Of a DNA stretch of 64,000 nt, positions 41,101 to 49,834 are shown in pieces. Numbering within the stretch: position 1 is the first letter of the stretch; each line of letters starts with the position of its first letter. The stretch lies in assembly GCA_965140785.1 (NCBI GenBank), contig OZ223497.1:192001-256000 (forward strand). The letters are read 5' to 3'. Under the pieces are notes generated by a model, which saw nothing but the letters and a program-made list of their open reading frames with translations, made no database searches and had not been told where the DNA came from. The DNA is from an uncultured Ruficoccus sp. Its GTDB lineage: Bacteria > Verrucomicrobiota > Verrucomicrobiia > Opitutales > Cerasicoccaceae. A program made the translations under genes and the position numbers.

Positions 41101-44100
41101 AATCGTCCTTCGTGATGTTCATATAAACATCGTAGCGGGTGGCACCTGTCACCGCGTCCCAACTGAGGGTCGGCGTGCGGGTGGCCGTGACCATCGTGCT
41201 GTCGGCCGGGCCTTGCAGGGCGAAGCTTCCCACCGGGTCCGGCGCCTCGGGCGCAGTGTAGGGGTCCGGGATAATGTCGTCCGGGTTGTAGCCTTCGCTT
41301 TCGTAAACTTCGAAGCTCCAGAGGGAGTAACCGTATTCGGTACCGCGGGTGATGCCCTGCATGCGGACATAGCGTCCGGTCGCATCTATCTGCAGGTCGT
41401 CGGTCTGGCCATTGCCACCGCGCACTTCGTAAACCGTCGTCCAGGTGTCGGCATCGTCGGAGACCTGGATGTCGTAATCGAGGCCGTAGGCGGTTTCCCA
41501 GAGCAGGAGGACACGCTTGAAGTTGTACACCTGTCCGAGATCGACATAGATCCAGTCGTCGTCGTTGCCAGCAATCGAGGCCCAGCGGGACTCATTGGTT
41601 GTCTCGCCATCATTGGCCAGGCTGGGGTAGAGGGGGTCCTGCGCGGAGGACGCGACAATCGTCTTACCGAAGGCCAGGTCGAGGCCGTTGCTGGTCTTGA
41701 TCTTTTCCAGGTGCAGGGTCAGGCCCTCATAGACCGTGACCGTGAAGGGGAAGCCGAGGTCCTCGCCACCGGCGATGGGATCGCCCTCCGCATCGACGGC
41801 GTGAATCCGCAGGTCGTAGTCGTTGCCCAGGCTGACGTAGTGCTTGTTCACGGTCAGCTCGGTTCCGATATCGTAATTCACCGTATCGTCGATGACCGTG
41901 TTCTGGAAGATGACGTGGTCTTCAGCATCGTTGGAGACGGGGCTCAGGTTGAGCTGAACGTACTCGACGTATTCGCCCGAGAGCGTGACGTCCGTCGGGC
42001 CGGAGGGGCCGGGCTCCTCGCCGCCTCCCGTGTCACCGCCAAAGGCGTAAACTTCGAAGTCCCACAGGCTGTAGCCGTAGATGGTGCCGCGGGTCACACC
42101 CTGCATTCTCACGTAACGCGCCGTGACGGTGTCGAAGGTCAGCTCATCCAGCCCGCCGTCGCCGTCGGTCACAGTGACAACATCCGTCCACGTCGATCCG
42201 TCGTCCGAAACCTGGATGATGTAAGCCAGGCCGTAAGCGTATTCCCAGTTGAGTACGACGCGGCTGATGGATTTGGACGAACCCAGATCGACATAAATCG
42301 ACTCCGTGTCCGACTCGGCCGAGGCCCATCGGGTTTCGCTGTCGCCGTCGTTGGCCATCCCGGCGTTCAGGTCGTTGGGGTCCTGTGCGCTGGAGGCGAC
42401 GATCGTCTGCCCCTCGGTGAGGTCAACGGGGATCGGCGGCCCGCCGTAAACCTCGAACGCCCACAGGGAGTAGCCCCAGCCGGTGCCGCGCAGGAGACCC
42501 TGCATGCGCACGTAACGGGCATTGTGGGGCTCGGTCAGCGTGATGTCGTCCAGGCAGCCGTCGCCGGCCATTTCGATGTAAACGTCGGTCCAGGTCTCGG
42601 CGTCTTCCGAGACCTGAAGGATGTACTGGGCGCCGTAGGAGGCTTCCCAGTCGAGGATGACGCGCTCAACAGAAATCACCTGTCCGAGATCGACATAGAT
42701 CCAGTCGTCGTCGTTGTACTCGCTCGCCCAGCGGGTGCTGCCGTCGCCATCGGTGGCCTGATCGGCCACGTAGCCGCCTTCGGTCGAGAAGGCGTAGGAG
42801 GGGCGGCCTTCGGCATAATCGATGCCGGAGGGGCCGCCGGTGCCTTCGGCCAGGACTTCGAGTTCCCAGAGCGAATAGGCATAGGGTGTGCCACGGGTGA
42901 CGCCCTGCATGCGGACATAGCGCGTCGTCGCCTCTACGATATGCGAATCTTCGCCGCCGTCGCCGTCCGTGACGTGAACGGCATCGGTCCAGGTTTCTCC
43001 GTCATCGGAAAGCTGGATATAATACTCCGAGCCGTAGGCGGTTTCCCAATACAAATCGACGCCCTTGATCTCGGTGGGCACTCCGAAGTCGATGGTAATC
43101 TGCTCCGCGTCGGCAGGCTGAGAGGCCCATCGGGTGCCTTTACAGGCGTCGTTGACGTACTCGGCCAGGACGGCGCCGTTCTCCTCGGAGGAGGCGGTCG
43201 CGGTTCCGTTCGGGGCGATGTTGATCAGGCTCAAGCCCCCGGTGACGGAAACGTTGACCGTCGCCGTGGTGGCGAGGGTACCGCCGCCCGCTACGCTGCC
43301 GGTGTAGGTGCCTGTGACCGTGAAGGTGCCGCTGGTGCCGTTGGAGGTAAAGACGCCATTGGCATCGATCGTTCCTCCGCCATCCACGGTCCAGTTCACC
43401 AGGCCGGTGGAGCCGCCGTTGTTGTTTTCATCATAGGCGGCGGCGTCGAAGTCCGCTGTCTCGCCCTCGGCGATGTTAATCGTCGCCGGGGTGATGGTCA
43501 GCGTCGTGGCGCCGCCGGAGCCGGTGCCTCCTTCGCCGAAGCCGTAAACTTCGAACTCATAGAACGAGTAGCCGTAAGCGGTGCCGCGCGAGACGCCGAC
43601 AAAGCGGACGTAGCGGGCCAAGCCCTCCAGCTCGAGATCGTCGGCGTTGGCGTTGCCCTTTTCGACGGTCAGGACCGTCTGCCAGGTGATGCCGTCCTCG
43701 GAGATTTCGATGTAGTATTCGCTGGCGTAAGCGGCCTCCCAAATGATGACCAGGCGCTTGAGATCATAGACCGATCCCAGGTCCACGGTGAACGATTCGT
43801 CGTCGCTCTCGCCCTGGCTTTCCCATCGTGTGCCGTTAAGGCCGCTTCCGTCCAGCGCGAGGGCGGCGGGCGTGACTTCGCTCGTGGCGGTGGCGGTTTT
43901 GCCGAGGGCGACGTTCTGCAGCGGAGGGTTGACCACGACGGTAGCTGGGGTCGAGACCGCGCCGCTGGTGGCGGTGATGGTGTAGGTGCCGAGCGTGCCA
44001 TCGGAGGTGAAAACGCCGTTGGCGTTGATCGTGCCGCCGCCATTCACAACCCAGGTGAGGCCCGTCAGTTCGTAGGGGTCGCCATACTGGTCAATACCCG

Positions 44101-47100
44101 TGGCGCTGAAGGTCGAGGTGCTGCTCTCTTCAACATTGAGGAAGGCCGGTGTGACTGCGAGGGAATCGAGCACGGGCGCATCCCCGACGCGGAAGGTGTA
44201 GGTTTCCTCAAGGCCGTCGGCGGTCACCGTGACGGTGACAGGATCGGTGTTGGTCGTGGCGCTGAAGAGGCCGTTGGTACCCATGGTGCCGCCGCCATCA
44301 GCGGACCAGTTGATTGAGCTCAGCGGATGTGTGGCCCCGTACTGGTCGTAGCCGGTCACGGTAAACTGTATGTCGGAGCCGGGCGTGATCGTGCGCGCCG
44401 GATCGGAGGCCGTGATCTCCAGCGTGTCGAGGGCTTGGTCGAGATGGTGCTGGACCAGCTTCTTCGGCGGGACGGGAAAGGAGCCGAGGACCGTGCCGTT
44501 GGCTGCATAGACGGTGGCGGTTTGCTCGATGTCGAGCGGGTTGTAAACCGCATAGCTGTACACGCTCGTGCCCGGATTGTAGAAAACCTGGCTGGTCGGG
44601 ATATCGACATAGCGGTCATAGACAATGTGTCCCAGCGAACGCAGCGCGTGCGTGTAGTAATAGGTGAGGCCCGAGGTATCGTTGCCGACGCCGATGGGGT
44701 TCTCCGCGTCGTAGAAACCGTCCAGCAGTTCGGCCACGAGGTCCGGGTCATAATGGGCCATGTAGCCCAGGACGACATTGCCGAGGCCGACGCCCCAGGC
44801 ACCGATCACTTTCATTGCTTGTTCGGTATCCACGCCGCTTTCATACCCGAGCACGTCGAACTCCCACAGGTCCTTGAGGTAGGCCTCGTCGTAAGCGTAG
44901 TTGGTAAAGAGGTAATCGTACAGCGGCCAGTTGCCTTCCAGCGGTACGCCAGTTGCCGGGGGCAGGAGGTCCGGGTAGCTGGGCAAATCCGTTTCGTTCC
45001 AGATGGCCGGGTCGAGCGTGATAGCACCGTCGGCCTCCACGGTGAAGCAGAGCTGGCCGTTGATGTAAAGGGGGTTGGCTGCGGTTTCGGCTGCCGTGTA
45101 GCTGGGGTTGTGATCGTAGGCGAGTTTGATCGCGCCTGCGAATTTATCCAGCGCACCGTCTTCGGTGGCGATGTTGCCGTTGTACCAGTCGTCGCGGGCA
45201 GGGGCCAGGTTGTAAACACTGATCACGCCGCGAGCGGCGGAGCCCATGGTCGGCACGCGGTCCAGGATCATGGAGCTCATCTGGGCCTTCGCGAAGGCTT
45301 GGTCTTCACCGAGGTAGGCGAGACCGGGCTGGATGGGCAACCACTGAATACCGTATATCCAGCCGGGGTCGCCGTTGAAGAAGGTGGCGAAAGCCGGACC
45401 GCTGTCAAAGACGATGCCGCCGATATCGTGCCCGTATTCTGTGGGCAGCACGCCACCGTCGCCCAGGACGGGGTTACTGGCGTTCGGATTGCCGTGGTAG
45501 TCGTTCCAGTATTCCTTGATCGCCAGACGCTCGATCGCGTAGCCCATGGCGCCTGCGGCGGCCATGTCGGCATCGTCCATCGCTTCGCCGAGCAGGAACA
45601 AGCCACACCAGGACTGGATCGATTCCGAGCTGGATTCCTGATTGTTACCGTTGCCGGCGCTGGTGCCGCCCGCGTAGGAGTGGCCGTGCCAGATGTCAAA
45701 GGTGCGCAGGAAGGGGAAGTCGGTGTCCGTGCGATCCCAGTTCGCATATTCCTTGGCCACGAGTGTGATCATACCGCCGTAATCGGCGAGGAACTGCGGG
45801 TCCTGAAAGCCCAGCAGCGCGGCCGAGCGGGTGAAGTACCCGTAGTGAAAGTGATTGTCCGTGAACTGCGAAGAGCCGTACGACTCGTTGAAGCCGATCA
45901 GGGCCTTGTAGCGGTCGTAGCGGGCAAAGTAATACTCCTGCTCGACACCGTCGTAGGTCAGCCAGTCCGTCAGGGCGGTCGTCAACACGGCCTGAAGCGC
46001 AGTTTCGTTTTCGGAGCCCAGATCGGCGGCCATCGTCATGTAGTCGGCGAACTGGGTCAGGCTCTTGCCGCCCCAGTAGGTGTCGCCACCGTAGTCGGTG
46101 CGGGTGGCGTAGTTATCCAGGAAATACTCCATCCGCTCGGGCGAATAATCATGCGTGCCGCCGAGCTGGCTCGGAACCGGCAGGTTGGGCAGGATGCCCA
46201 TGAACGGAAAGTCGATCTGTGCGGTGTTGGAGGCGGAGAGTTTAAGTTTACCGCGCGGGGTGACGTAGCTGTCGCCGGTAAAGGTCAGGTCGTTGGTTGT
46301 CTCGCGGTAGTGGTGGGGGATCCATCCTTGCAGCACGGTGGTGGCCGAGCCTTTGAGGGCTTCTGCGGTGACGCTCCACTCCGTGCGGACATAGCCGTCG
46401 GCGGGGTCATAGGACCAATCCATCTGCGTATGGCGCGGAATGGCGTAGGCATAGGTGTCGAAGGCGCTGAGCGAAGCGGCGTCGGGAAGGGCACTGATCA
46501 CCAGGTAGGTGTCGGTGCCGCTGAAAGTGACCAGCACATCTTCGTTGGCATCGGAAAAAACCGTGCCATCCGGAGCATGCAGGCCGAAGACGCGGCCCTG
46601 GACCTCGACCGCGAGCGCGGCGCCCGTGTAGGGAAGTGTCACTACATTTCCGCTGGTGTCGCGAAAGACCGCCGAGGCGTCGATGGCCAGCAAGGGGCTG
46701 ACGCCGGTAGATTCCACCCAGACGAAGGGCAGGCCGTGGCCCATGGTCACGTCATAATAGGCGTTTTCATTCTGTTCGAGACGCATCTGCACGAGCCAGT
46801 CCGACCAGTCCAGCGCCACGGCGCTGGCAGGCGCGAAGTCCGTGCTGAACTTCACTGCCGGGTCGGCATCGTCGGTCATCACGATCTGGTCGGCGAGGAT
46901 GTGGCCCCAGCCACCGGTGACGTTATCCACCACTTCGATGTGCGCTGTCTGGCCGCTCAGGGCCGAGACGTCCCAGGTGCTCCAGGCGAGATTCTCGGAG
47001 TTGACCCCCGTGGCTGTGCGGACGACATTACCGCCGACGACGAGGCGGACTTCCGCGTCGCCGGGATGATTACCACCGCCCACCAGCGCGTGAATGTATT

Positions 47101-47752
47101 GGGCGTTAACCGTGAAATCAGGAGACACCAGCGTGCCGGTCGAGCCGTCGCCGTCGTGAAAAGAGTTCGCCAGCCCCGAGCCGCTATAGTTTGTCACCAG
47201 TGACTGCCCCGTCAGCGAGCCAGCCGCCGGAGCACTGCCGAAGGCCGTGCCCGTGGTCGTCCAGCCGCTCGGCCAGGCTCCGCCCTCGAAGTCGGCGAGG
47301 ATAGTATCGTTCGGTCCCAGAATGATCTCGGCCTGCCCATGGACGCCGATCGGATAGTCTGTGATCATGTCGGTGCCGGAGGGCGAAAACGCGATGGGGA
47401 AGTAGACATTCAGCCCGGTATTATTCGTGCTGACGGTAAGCGGATAGGCCCACATGTTGCCGGAGTACTGACTGAAGATCAGATCCGTCCACCAGTCATT
47501 GCTGGGGACCGGTTCTCCGGTCTTGGAGGCGTGGATGTAGAGCTCCCGGTTCAGAAAACCGGTGACCATGTTCACATCCTGACCGTCGACGATATCCTCG
47601 TGTTCGGGCGGATACTCGGCATAGCTGCCAGATCCGACGGGGACCGCTTGTTGGGCGCGAAGTTGACCTGAGAAAGAGAAGAGGAGGGGGAGCAGGAATA
47701 CCGCAAGACGGATCAAGCAGCAGCAGGAAGTGACAGGGTACATCTGAGGCAT
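38135..47752 (-). CDS. Giant multimodular beta-1,3-glucanase: GH81 + Ig-like + 6 discoidin/CBM32 + GH3 + FN3-like (~3205 aa)
   Basis: Signal peptide; GH81 motifs DNHFHYGYF and GNNQESSSE; six TRW(A/E/S)S..E(V/L) discoidin modules; GH3 motifs KHWPG and ICSDW. Confidence 0.88.
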   Translation of the reverse strand: MPQMYPVTSCCCLIRLAVFLLPLLFSFSGQLRAQQAVPVGSGSYAEYPPEHEDIVDGQDVNMVTGFLNRELYIHASKTGEPVPSNDWWTDLIFSQYSGNMWAYPLTVSTNNTGLNVYFPIAFSPSGTDMITDYPIGVHGQAEIILGPNDTILADFEGGAWPSGWTTTGTAFGSAPAAGSLTGQSLVTNYSGSGLANSFHDGDGSTGTLVSPDFTVNAQYIHALVGGGNHPGDAEVRLVVGGNVVRTATGVNSENLAWSTWDVSALSGQTAHIEVVDNVTGGWGHILADQIVMTDDADPAVKFSTDFAPASAVALDWSDWLVQMRLEQNENAYYDVTMGHGLPFVWVESTGVSPLLAIDASAVFRDTSGNVVTLPYTGAALAVEVQGRVFGLHAPDGTVFSDANEDVLVTFSGTDTYLVISALPDAASLSAFDTYAYAIPRHTQMDWSYDPADGYVRTEWSVTAEALKGSATTVLQGWIPHHYRETTNDLTFTGDSYVTPRGKLKLSASNTAQIDFPFMGILPNLPVPSQLGGTHDYSPERMEYFLDNYATRTDYGGDTYWGGKSLTQFADYMTMAADLGSENETALQAVLTTALTDWLTYDGVEQEYYFARYDRYKALIGFNESYGSSQFTDNHFHYGYFTRSAALLGFQDPQFLADYGGMITLVAKEYANWDRTDTDFPFLRTFDIWHGHSYAGGTSAGNGNNQESSSESIQSWCGLFLLGEAMDDADMAAAGAMGYAIERLAIKEYWNDYHGNPNASNPVLGDGGVLPTEYGHDIGGIVFDSGPAFATFFNGDPGWIYGIQWLPIQPGLAYLGEDQAFAKAQMSSMILDRVPTMGSAARGVISVYNLAPARDDWYNGNIATEDGALDKFAGAIKLAYDHNPSYTAAETAANPLYINGQLCFTVEADGAITLDPAIWNETDLPSYPDLLPPATGVPLEGNWPLYDYLFTNYAYDEAYLKDLWEFDVLGYESGVDTEQAMKVIGAWGVGLGNVVLGYMAHYDPDLVAELLDGFYDAENPIGVGNDTSGLTYYYTHALRSLGHIVYDRYVDIPTSQVFYNPGTSVYSYAVYNPLDIEQTATVYAANGTVLGSFPVPPKKLVQHHLDQALDTLEITASDPARTITPGSDIQFTVTGYDQYGATHPLSSINWSADGGGTMGTNGLFSATTNTDPVTVTVTADGLEETYTFRVGDAPVLDSLAVTPAFLNVEESSTSTFSATGIDQYGDPYELTGLTWVVNGGGTINANGVFTSDGTLGTYTITATSGAVSTPATVVVNPPLQNVALGKTATATSEVTPAALALDGSGLNGTRWESQGESDDESFTVDLGSVYDLKRLVIIWEAAYASEYYIEISEDGITWQTVLTVEKGNANADDLELEGLARYVRFVGVSRGTAYGYSFYEFEVYGFGEGGTGSGGATTLTITPATINIAEGETADFDAAAYDENNNGGSTGLVNWTVDGGGTIDANGVFTSNGTSGTFTVTGTYTGSVAGGGTLATTATVNVSVTGGLSLINIAPNGTATASSEENGAVLAEYVNDACKGTRWASQPADAEQITIDFGVPTEIKGVDLYWETAYGSEYYIQLSDDGETWTDAVHVTDGDGGEDSHIVEATTRYVRMQGVTRGTPYAYSLWELEVLAEGTGGPSGIDYAEGRPSYAFSTEGGYVADQATDGDGSTRWASEYNDDDWIYVDLGQVISVERVILDWEASYGAQYILQVSEDAETWTDVYIEMAGDGCLDDITLTEPHNARYVRMQGLLRGTGWGYSLWAFEVYGGPPIPVDLTEGQTIVASSAQDPNDLNAGMANDGDSETRWASAESDTESIYVDLGSSKSISRVVLNWEYAYGLAYIIQVSDDGSTWTDVVTVTDGDGGLDELTFDTVTARYVRMQGVTRGTIYGYSLWDFEVYAFGGDTGGGEEPGPSGPTDVTLSGEYVEYVQLNLSPVSNDAEDHVIFQNTVIDDTVNYDIGTELTVNKHYVSLGNDYDLRIHAVDAEGDPIAGGEDLGFPFTVTVYEGLTLHLEKIKTSNGLDLAFGKTIVASSAQDPLYPSLANDGETTNESRWASIAGNDDDWIYVDLGQVYNFKRVLLLWETAYGLDYDIQVSDDADTWTTVYEVRGGNGQTDDLQIDATGRYVRMQGITRGTEYGYSLWSFEVYESEGYNPDDIIPDPYTAPEAPDPVGSFALQGPADSTMVTATRTPTLSWDAVTGATRYDVYMNITKDDYDFTQPGSLLDRYTKIGESTTTSFALTEPLPDRWTYKWYVVAVDGATDPRSDIHTFSVYQPTLEQVDDGIDIVNGCRDMNRNGTIEPFEDWTQSIDTRVDDLLSRMTLTEKVSQMFFAADDDPLSGFDFGPVDPSYEETTQLGNAATRLGIPSITTADTTHGYRTSFPTGSSFAAMQNYDLIRELGDMQRREMIAVGARGTLSPIAEVGTMALYPRIQEGCGEDADVAAAIIRSFLVGLQAGPEINPQSVWVTTKHWPGQGAGGERVMVYDGTTVHYHMRPWHAAIEAGTGGIMPGYGGAPLFGPSSNGAGDNPYIISYLRNNMGYDGLICSDWLDSWVWISAAQAGCDVMGGSDPSLRHDCDPGTPELEDFDTEVSPAIIDDRVRRILDMKFRLGLFENPYGDYLYGESEWRSHHNYDLAIQAARESMTLLTNDGILPLSLPAGSNIVVDGPFAETGSQWVIWTSFFHQTEGSRTPVQAIRERAAEAGINVFTAAELTTTPDLAVVVVGEASYTHGTAWAQDEPYLPAAQTAVIQGYLDQNIPVVVVYVMARPSVLGSPELDADALLLTYRAGDGGGPALAQILFGDYVPTGKTPWQLPRSMAQIGGKDQIDAVERWDLPFDLGATQAEIDAIVAHIAAGEPVPPIYGDPLFQYGSGLDNYGLTDASAPSAPALQVPADAATYGPDLPSFSWTASTDADTGIRGYDVYVDGVKVHSTTETSWDHRNLALTSSAHTWEVRAVNWAGGEQSSGTATFTLSDTTLPPVFALIAPTNNAIATAGTPLSFFWENIVDAGSGIEAYEFYYDGVKIGEVEPEALITDSSNIALHRPYVASSTNQGTYDAVTDGDLGTRWSSDNFSPQTLTIDLGADYLVNRVVLEWEDAYASEYRVETSIDGETWTELYYTATGDGDTDDLTNLSGIARYLNIYFIYTPTPYGHSLWEVEVYGDQLQSVTIPAPAAGSHTWSVRAVNGTGLARDASTTWTVDVQ

Positions 47753-48280
47753 AATGAACGTGGGTAGAGTTCGGAGAGGATCTCCTAGATGTTGCAATTA
47801 AGTGCAATCATCAAGTGCAAATTTATGCAACACGTCACGCTTGGCCCAAATGTACTGATTATAGGCGCAGCGGAAATCTCAGTGAAATTTTCCGAAGTTT
47901 ATTGTTACGTGCCGGTTATCGCATCGAGTAAGTGGCTAGTATGTTTTATCACACCAGGAGATTTTTTACACGTTTTTGACATGCGAGAAAGCCCGGCCAT
48001 TGCGATAAATTCCACTTGGATTCTCGCGATGTTGAGGCGTTCTTCCAGATAGCGGTTCGGAGAGCCACAAGAGGGTCTATTAGGGCCTGTTCAGATAAAC
48101 GCTCAAAGTGGCAGGAAATGGGTCTTTTCGGGCCGGTGCCGACGTTTTTCGACTCGACGAATCTGGATTCGACTCACCTCGAAAACCGAAGAACCGCCTC
48201 AAACCCAGCCTGCGCGGTCTCACTCCGTAATTGGAAGACACTGTCTAGGCCGCATATGTCGCGTTGAGCTAGCGGCCTGT

Positions 48281-48660
48281 TCAGAGTTTGCCGCGGCGGG
48301 TTTCCAGCAGTTGACGGATATCCTCGAGTTTCTGGCGGGTGAGGGGATAGAAGTCGATCATCAGCAGCGACGAGGACCAGATGATGATCGGCGTGACGAT
48401 GAACATCCACTTCATGTATGTGAGGACTTCGGGCGGCTGATTTTGGAACGCGACGTCGAAGCCCGACAGCTCCAGCATGACGTCGCTCAAGCCCATGGCG
48501 GCGGTGCCTGCGGCCGGCACCGGCCCAGCGGGTCCGGGCGTTGTCGGAGATATTGCGCATGACCGGGTCCGAAATGGCGTCTCAGGCGCGTAGGGGCATC
48601 AGACACAGGGCCCAGCAGGGCCGGGCGCATGCCCAGGGCAAGCAGTGGAGCAATCCACCG
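48281..48660 (-). pseudogene. Internally deleted GPH (MelB-like) MFS sugar transporter
   Basis: N-terminal R.*DAISDPVM.NISDNARTRW joined almost directly to C-terminal ..FYPLTRQKLEDIRQLLETRRGKL. Confidence 0.65.
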
Positions 48661-48727
48661 GGCCGGGCAATGACGGCACCCTTTAATCCGTCACGCTTCC
48701 GTTCCGCTCGGACTAATGTAAACCAAC

Positions 48728-49834
48728 CTACTGGAGGGGGGCTCGCAGGGTTTCGCCCTCATGGAAATCGCTGTTGATCATCATGATCTTGGGCTTGCCC
48801 TCCGTGGAGGAGATACTGCCCTCGACCAGGCTGGCGAGAAACTCCAGGGCGGCGCCTCCGAGTTTTTCGGTATGTTGGTACATACCGCTGAGCGTGCCGT
48901 CGCGGCGGCAGTCCAGGTGCAGGAAGCCGATGTCCTCCGGGATCGAAAGCCCCAGTTCCAGCAGCCACAGATAGGTGTTTTTATGCAGGCCGATAACGAC
49001 TTCAGGCCGCTCGCGCTGGAACCATTCGTGAAAGGCGGCGGGGGTAAAAGCATTCTCCTTGTAGATGGAAAATTTCAAATCCGGGAAGCGGTACTGCGAG
49101 ATGGCCAGCCCGCCCCACCACAGGTAGTTGACCTGCTGAATCTCCAGTGCCGAGATGGCGAAACCGATATGACGGTAACCGCGCCGGACCAGCTGCTCGA
49201 CGGCATCCTGAACGGTTTGGGCATGATTGTTGCAAAAGCGGTGGATACTCGGGCTTTGCAGGGAATAGCCAAAGGTCACGGCGCTGAAACCGCTCAGGTC
49301 GAGGGCGAAGGTGTGATCGTCCTGAGGGAGCGGAGGAATGAGCACGCCGGGAATCCCCCGGGCCTGGAGAATTTCCACCAGACGAGACGGCTTGGCCCGG
49401 TGTTCCCCCAGCCAAAAATGCTCCACTTGGTACCCCAGGCTCCGTCCCCGCGCCTGTGCCCCCTTGAAATACTCGGCATAGACGACGCTGCCGGTCCGCC
49501 AGCAATCCGCGGTCTCAAGGTTGGTAATGAAGCCCAGAGTCGCCTGATAGGTGATCTTGCGCCGTTGGCGCACCTCCGCCATGAGCGTTCGCACCATGGG
49601 GTTGGGGTGATAGCCCAGCTTACGGGCGATGCCCTGGATGCGCTCGCGGGTAGCGGCGGCGACTTTGGACGAGTTGCGCAGGGCCATCGAGACCAGAGCA
49701 CGGGTGACGCCGGCCTCGTCCGCGATCACCTGGAGGGTGATCGGTTGTTTGTGTTTTTCATCGGGCAAGGGAGAACCTTTCGCTACAGCGTTTAAATGAC
49801 CGGTTCGGTTGAAGGAGGGCGACTCCAGGGGCAT
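48728..49834 (-). CDS. LacI-family transcriptional regulator
   Basis: ITLQVIADEAGVTRALVSMALRN HTH, GYHPNP; TGATG overlap with the upstream lacI (true start may be slightly downstream). Confidence 0.88.
   Translation of the reverse strand: MPLESPSFNRTGHLNAVAKGSPLPDEKHKQPITLQVIADEAGVTRALVSMALRNSSKVAAATRERIQGIARKLGYHPNPMVRTLMAEVRQRRKITYQATLGFITNLETADCWRTGSVVYAEYFKGAQARGRSLGYQVEHFWLGEHRAKPSRLVEILQARGIPGVLIPPLPQDDHTFALDLSGFSAVTFGYSLQSPSIHRFCNNHAQTVQDAVEQLVRRGYRHIGFAISALEIQQVNYLWWGGLAISQYRFPDLKFSIYKENAFTPAAFHEWFQRERPEVVIGLHKNTYLWLLELGLSIPEDIGFLHLDCRRDGTLSGMYQHTEKLGGAALEFLASLVEGSISSTEGKPKIMMINSDFHEGETLRAPLQ

Noticed and set aside
41300..43920. Recurring DNA segments (for example ACCTGTCCGAGATCGACATAGATCCAGTCGTCGTCGTTG) as a possible repeat array or CRISPR
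   Set aside because: They are coding repeats of CBM32 modules, with no regular repeat-spacer structure and no cas genes
39554..47203. Very long plus-strand ORFs (1587 aa and 958 aa)
   Set aside because: They are antisense shadows of the GH81-GH3 gene caused by high-GC codon bias and carry no recognisable motifs
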